Assembly (NCBI GenBank): GCA_008363385.1
Contig: RHKY01000005.1
Coordinates: 18,254 to 82,253 of the forward strand
Source: Acidobacteriota bacterium
GTDB taxonomy: Bacteria > Acidobacteriota > Thermoanaerobaculia > UBA5066
Length of the DNA: 64,000 nt
Direction of reading: 5' to 3'
The notes below the pieces were generated by a model that was not told the DNA's origin, did not search any database, and saw only the letters and a program-made list of their open reading frames with translations. Shown one piece after another: positions 59,753-64,000 of this stretch; position 1 is the first letter of the stretch, and the number at the start of each line of letters is the position of its first letter. The translations under genes were made by a program, and so were the position numbers.

Positions 59753-61342
59753 ATGGCTCGAAGCCCGCTCGCCCGGTGGCTGCGCCGCGCCCTGCAGGCG
59801 GCGCCGGACGTCCCTGGAAACGGCGCGCCGCCCCCCGGCGCGGAGGCGTTGCGCACCGCCCGGCCGACCCGGCGCGAGGCGATCCGGCTCGGGGGCGCCG
59901 CGCTCGCCGGCGTGGCCGTCTCGCGGTGCGCGAGCCTGCCCGGCCCGGCCCCGGAGCGGGGCGAGGTGCTCGTCGTCGGCGGCGGCCTCGCGGGCCTCAC
60001 GGCGGCCTGGCGGCTCCGCCAGGAGGGGCTCTCCGTCACCGTCGTCGAGGCCCAGGAGCGCGTCGGGGGGCGGATGCTGAGCCTCACCGGGCACTTCCCC
60101 GGGGGGCTCGTCGCCGAGCTGGGCGGCGAGCTGATCGACACGGGGCACGAGCGGGTCCGCGCGATGGCGACGGAGCTGGGGCTCGCGCTCGACGACCTCC
60201 TCGACGAGCCGGAGGGCCTCGAGGAGACGGTCTTCTTCGCCGGCGCGCGGCGGACCTACGCCGAGGTCGCCGGGGCGCTCCGCCCGGTCGTCGAGGCCGC
60301 GCGGCGGGACCTGGCCCCGCTCGGGGAGGAGCCGGACGTCTCGTACCGCGGCCCCGGCGCCGCGCGCGACCTCGACCGGATGTCGATTTCCGAGTGGCTG
60401 GACCGCGCGGGGGCCACGGGCTGGGCGCGAACGCTCGTGGAGGTGGCCTTCGAGTCCGAGTGCGGCCTCCCCCCCGGCGAGCAGAGCAGCCTGAACTTCC
60501 TCCTCTTCGCGGACTTCGACCCGGCGAAGCCGCGGCTCTACGGCGACAGCGACGAGCGCTTCCACGTCCGCGGCGGGAACGACCAGGTCCCCAGGCGCCT
60601 GGCCGAGCGGCTCGGCGGGTCGGTCGTCCGCGGCGAGCGCCTGGAGGCCCTTCGCGAGGGGAGCGACGGACGCTTCGTGGCGAGCTTCCTCCGCGGCGGG
60701 ACGGGACTCGAGCGGCGCGCCACGCACGTGGTCCTGGCCGTCCCGTTCACGCTCCTGCGCGACGTCCGCCTGGACGTCCCCCTCTCCCCCGCCAAGCGGC
60801 GGGCGATCCGCGAGCTGGGCTACGGGACGAACGCGAAGCTGATGACCGGGTGGAGCCGCCGGGCCTGGAGGACCGACCACCGCTCGACCGGGACCTTGAT
60901 GACCGACCTCGGCCTGCAGGTCGCCTGGGAGACGAGCCGCCAGCAGCCCGGGACGGCCGGGATCCTGACGAACTTCACGGGCGGTGCCGCGGGCGTGGCC
61001 CTCGGGCGCAGCACGGCGCCGGAACGCTCCGCCGAGGTGGCCGCCCAGGTGGACGCCGTCTTCCCCGGATCGTCCTCCGCCCACCAGCCCGCCCAGGCCG
61101 TCCGGTTCCACTGGCCCACGCACCCGTGGACCCTCGGCAGCTACGCCTGCTACCGCCCGGGTCAGCTCACCGCGTTCGGGGGCGCCGAGGGGGAGCCCGA
61201 GGGACGCGTCCTCTTCGCGGGCGAGCACACCTCCCGCGGCTTCCAGGGCTTCATGGAGGGGGCCTGCGCCACGGGGGAGCGCGCGGCCCGGGAGGTCCTC
61301 GCCTCGATCGGGAGGCCGCGGGCCGCGGCGCCTTCCGCCTGA
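59753..61342 (+). CDS. FAD-dependent amine oxidase with Tat-type signal
   Basis: PTRREAIRLGGAALAGVAV twin-arginine region. Dinucleotide motif VLVVGGGLAGLTAAWRL...VTVVEAQERVGGR. C-terminal LFAGEHTS. Confidence 0.8.
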   Translation: MARSPLARWLRRALQAAPDVPGNGAPPPGAEALRTARPTRREAIRLGGAALAGVAVSRCASLPGPAPERGEVLVVGGGLAGLTAAWRLRQEGLSVTVVEAQERVGGRMLSLTGHFPGGLVAELGGELIDTGHERVRAMATELGLALDDLLDEPEGLEETVFFAGARRTYAEVAGALRPVVEAARRDLAPLGEEPDVSYRGPGAARDLDRMSISEWLDRAGATGWARTLVEVAFESECGLPPGEQSSLNFLLFADFDPAKPRLYGDSDERFHVRGGNDQVPRRLAERLGGSVVRGERLEALREGSDGRFVASFLRGGTGLERRATHVVLAVPFTLLRDVRLDVPLSPAKRRAIRELGYGTNAKLMTGWSRRAWRTDHRSTGTLMTDLGLQVAWETSRQQPGTAGILTNFTGGAAGVALGRSTAPERSAEVAAQVDAVFPGSSSAHQPAQAVRFHWPTHPWTLGSYACYRPGQLTAFGGAEGEPEGRVLFAGEHTSRGFQGFMEGACATGERAAREVLASIGRPRAAAPSA

Positions 61343-61348
61343 GGACGC

Positions 61349-61921
61349 CTACTCGATCGTCGCCCCGCCCGCCGCCTCGCGGATCCGGGCCGCGGCCGAG
61401 AGCTCCCAGTCGAGGCGCCCGTGCGCCTGCGAGGCGAGCTTCCCCTCGGGGGTGAAGAACATCGTCTCGACCGGGCGCTTGGAGTTGAGCTTCGTCGTCG
61501 CGTCGCCCGTCGGGTCGAGGACGAGGCTCGACGGGACCGGCGGGACGAGGCCGTTCTGCGAGAGCCAGGCGTCGAGCGTGGCGAAGTCGGGGTCCTTCGC
61601 GATCAGGACGAGCTCGGCGCTCGTGTCCGACTTCGTCCGCTCCTGGAACGCGAAGAGGGACCGCAGCTCGGAGGCCGCCTCCGGGGCGGTCGTGGAGAAG
61701 AAGTGGAGGACGAGGACGTGCCCGGGCTTTCCCACCAGGTTCCGCCCCTTCCCGTCCCGCGTCTCGACGACGAGGCGCCCCCCGGCGTCCAGGTTCAGGA
61801 TGCCGTGGTCGTGGTCGGGGTGCGTGGCCGGGGTGAGGGAGAGGTAGTAGGCGTATCCCATCAGGGCGGCGGCGCCGAGGAGGGCGACGCCGATGACGCT
61901 CCGGCGCTGGGCGGCTTTCAT
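61349..61921 (-). CDS. Membrane-anchored thioredoxin-fold (TlpA-like) protein lacking the CxxC motif
   Basis: N-terminal anchor VIGVALLGAAALMGYAYY. VLVLHFFSTTAPEAASEL sits where redoxins have WCxxC. Confidence 0.6.
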   Translation of the reverse strand: MKAAQRRSVIGVALLGAAALMGYAYYLSLTPATHPDHDHGILNLDAGGRLVVETRDGKGRNLVGKPGHVLVLHFFSTTAPEAASELRSLFAFQERTKSDTSAELVLIAKDPDFATLDAWLSQNGLVPPVPSSLVLDPTGDATTKLNSKRPVETMFFTPEGKLASQAHGRLDWELSAAARIREAAGGATIE

Positions 61922-61932
61922 CGGGCCGGATT

Positions 61933-62868
61933 CTAAGGGCGCGAGGCCGAGGGCCCGCCGGGGCCCGCCCCCCGGGTCTCGGCGTCCGTCTCCACGCCGA
62001 ACGTGAGGAAGTTGAAGAGCTCGGCCCGGAAGCCGACGTCCATCCGGAAGACGAGGGCCGTCTTCCCCTTCAGGCGGACGTCGACGACGCAGGGGAACCA
62101 GCGGCCCGGGAGGGCGGGCCGCCCCTCGTAGACGAGGACCGCCTCGCTCACCCTGGCGGCGATCCCCCCGCCGACCTTCACCGGCCTGACGATCCGCGCG
62201 TCGACCCGGCGGACCTGGAAGTCGGCCGCGTCGACGACCGCGCGCCCCGCCAGCGCGTTGAGCGCCTGGTCGGCGAGCGTCGCCGCCCGGAGCCCCTCGC
62301 GCGGCCAGAAGTCGAGGACGTAGGACGGGCGGCCGTCCACGAGCTCCTCGCCGCGGTAGCGGTACTCGAACCGCTCGATCAGGTTCGACAGACGCTGGGT
62401 CCCCACCGTCGGGTCGTCGTCGTCGCCCCCGACCTTCGGCGGGTTGGCGGCCTTCTCGGCGGCCCGGCGGTCCAGCCTCTTTTTCCGGTCCTTCTCGTCC
62501 TCGGCGGCGGACTTCCGCTTCTCCTCCTCCGTCGCGGGGCGCCCGTCCAGGAGGACCAGCTCGCGCGTCCCCTCCCCCGGAGCCTCGCCCGAGGTCCAGT
62601 AGAAGAGGCGCCACTTCACGTCCGAGGCGACCCCGTCCTTGCGGTACGTCGTCTTCACCTCGCGCTGGTCGAACGTGTACGAGGCGAGGACCTCCTCGGA
62701 CCGCCGCTGCGCCCGGACCACCTGCCGGATCAGCTCCGTCACGTCCATCTCCCCCGCGGGCCCGTCCGCGGCCCGCGCGGAGGGGCCCTGGCCGGCCGCC
62801 GGGAGGGCGAGCCAGAGGAGCGCGAGGCCCGCGGGGAGGAGAGGGGATCGGGGCACGGCCGTCCCCAC
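61933..62868 (-). CDS. Secreted hypothetical protein
   Basis: Signal-like LLPAGLALLWLALPAAGQG and a Lys/Glu/Asp-rich central segment. The start (GTG 62868 or 62856) is uncertain. Confidence 0.5.
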   Translation of the reverse strand: MGTAVPRSPLLPAGLALLWLALPAAGQGPSARAADGPAGEMDVTELIRQVVRAQRRSEEVLASYTFDQREVKTTYRKDGVASDVKWRLFYWTSGEAPGEGTRELVLLDGRPATEEEKRKSAAEDEKDRKKRLDRRAAEKAANPPKVGGDDDDPTVGTQRLSNLIERFEYRYRGEELVDGRPSYVLDFWPREGLRAATLADQALNALAGRAVVDAADFQVRRVDARIVRPVKVGGGIAARVSEAVLVYEGRPALPGRWFPCVVDVRLKGKTALVFRMDVGFRAELFNFLTFGVETDAETRGAGPGGPSASRP

Positions 62869-62937
62869 TCTACGGCCGCGGGGAGGATCCGGTTGGGGAC
62901 GTCCGGCGTGGAGCGGGCGGCGTAGGATCGGGACGAC

Positions 62938-63234
62938 ATGAGCCAAGCGCCGAAGTCCGCGTTCGAGCTCGCCATGGAGCGCCTGAAGGCCGCCGACCGG
63001 GCGGAGGGGGTCGAGGAGACCCCCCTCACGGAAGGCCAGAAGGCCGAGATCGCCGAGGTGAGGCGCGTGGCCTCCTCGCGCCTGGCCGAGAGGGAGATCC
63101 TCTTCCGCGACGCCCTGAAGAAGGAGCTCGACCCCGTCTCGCGCGAGAGGCTGGAGGAGGAGTACCGGGTCGACCGGCAGCGGATCGAGGCGGACCGGGA
63201 CCGGGCCGTCGAGAAGGTCCGGCGCGGCGCCTGA
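62938..63234 (+). CDS. Small charged helical hypothetical protein
   Basis: 98-aa ORF with normal, coiled-coil-like composition. Confidence 0.4.
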   Translation: MSQAPKSAFELAMERLKAADRAEGVEETPLTEGQKAEIAEVRRVASSRLAEREILFRDALKKELDPVSRERLEEEYRVDRQRIEADRDRAVEKVRRGA

Positions 63235-63252
63235 CGTCGCGGAGGGAAGGAG

Positions 63253-64000
63253 ATGAAGCTCCTCGTCACGGGCGGAACCGGCTTCGTCGGCCGCCGCTTC
63301 TGCACCCTCCTCCACGCGCGCGGGCACGAGGCGGTCGTCCTCTCGCGTGTCCCTTCGAGGCGCCCCGACGGGCTCCCCGCTTCCGCCCGCCTGGAGGCGT
63401 GGGACCCCGGAGCGCTCGGGAGGCTCCTGGGCGGGGCCGACGCCGTCGTCCACCTCGCCGGAGAGCCGGTGGCCCAGCGCTGGACGGCCGCGGCCCGGGA
63501 GCGGATCGCGGCCAGCCGCGTCGGTGTGCTCGACGCGCTGCGCGCGGCCGTCGAGAAGGGGGCCCGCGCGCCGCGGGTCCTCGTCTCGGCCTCGGCGGTC
63601 GGCTACTACGGCGCGCGCGGCGAGGAGGAGCTGACCGAGGAGAGCGCGCCGGGGACCGGCTTCCTCGCCGAGACGTGCGTCCGCTGGGAGGAGGCCGCCC
63701 TCTCCCTCGGGCCGCTCGGCACCCGCGTCGTCACGGCGCGGATCGGCGTCGTCCTGGGCGAGGACGGCGGGGCGCTCTCGAAGATGCTCCCCGCCTTCCG
63801 GCTCGGCGCCGGGGGGCCGGTCGGGAGCGGGGAGCAGTGGATGTCCTGGATCCACCGCGACGACCTGGCCGCCCTCCTCGTCTTCGCGCTGGAGAAGGAC
63901 GGCCTCTCCGGCGCTCTGAACGCCACCTCCGCGACGCCCGCGCGCAACCGCGACTTCGCGCGCGCCCTCGGCCGCGCGCTCCGCCGCCCGGCGCTCCTCC
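63253..64000 (+). CDS. Epimerase-family SDR (YfcH/SDR39U1-like), 3' partial
   Basis: GGAGGGAAGGAG RBS, then MKLLVTGGTGFVGRR...HLAGEP...GYYG...RIGVVLG...GSGEQWMSWIH. It runs off the window end, so it is absent from the ORF track. Confidence 0.8.
   Translation, partial: MKLLVTGGTGFVGRRFCTLLHARGHEAVVLSRVPSRRPDGLPASARLEAWDPGALGRLLGGADAVVHLAGEPVAQRWTAAARERIAASRVGVLDALRAAVEKGARAPRVLVSASAVGYYGARGEEELTEESAPGTGFLAETCVRWEEAALSLGPLGTRVVTARIGVVLGEDGGALSKMLPAFRLGAGGPVGSGEQWMSWIHRDDLAALLVFALEKDGLSGALNATSATPARNRDFARALGRALRRPALL

Noticed and set aside
1-64000. CRISPR arrays, rRNA genes, prophage or defence-system genes
   Set aside because: I saw no regularly spaced direct repeats with unique spacers, no rRNA-like conserved stretches, and no recognisable cas, restriction, toxin-antitoxin or phage structural genes. 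The intergenic gaps are short, 223 nt at most.

Overview
Very GC-rich bacterial chromosomal window, densely coding. Many of the long six-frame ORFs are Arg/Pro/Gly-rich shadows of the real genes. The protein families (PEGA-type Ser/Thr kinases, ELWxxDGT and NHL repeat proteins) suggest an Acidobacteriota-like organism, but that is only an inference.

Content in order:
(1) 1-17186: a signalling and secreted-protein neighbourhood. It holds two tandem paralogous secreted beta-sandwich-repeat proteins, a FadL-like outer-membrane protein (OMP), and two paralogous Ser/Thr-kinase + TPR-like pairs. The pairs bracket an 1871-aa protein with 12 NHL repeats, FN3-like domains and beta-sandwich domains. 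An orphan 3' fragment of the beta-sandwich family follows.
(2) 17275-19641: a PAS hybrid histidine kinase.
(3) 19657-32741, minus strand: a two-component sigma-54 regulator pair, then a candidate sigma-54 promoter, then an 11-gene translationally coupled operon: hdrC-hdrB-hdrA(N-terminal half)-nuoE/hoxE-like-nuoF/hoxF-like-[hoxU-like::hdrA C-terminal half]-mvhD-mvhG-mvhA-maturation protease-DnaJ-type zinc-finger protein. I judge this the most unusual system in the window. It is a [NiFe] hydrogenase/heterodisulfide-reductase module whose HdrA is split, with an NAD(P)H diaphorase module inserted at the split.
(4) 32929-36537: an ELWxxDGT repeat protein and an acyl-ACP thioesterase.
(5) 36740-43615: a PsrABC-like molybdopterin reductase, two YeeE/YedE half-transporters (one fused to a rhodanese-like domain) and a FadL-like OMP.
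(6) 43666-44852: a Y1 (RAYT/IS200-like) transposase gene bracketed by 29-bp inverted repeats.
(7) 45008-58751: a ygeW/ygeY/ssnA/cyclic amidohydrolase/DPD(YgfK)-like catabolic cluster of the anaerobic purine/urate type. It contains a SelW/Rdx-type selenoprotein gene with an in-frame TGA and a SECIS-like hairpin, which the ORF track cannot show.
(8) 58783-64000: a transporter, a Tat-signal amine oxidase and small secreted or hypothetical genes.

No rRNA, tRNA or CRISPR array was recognised.
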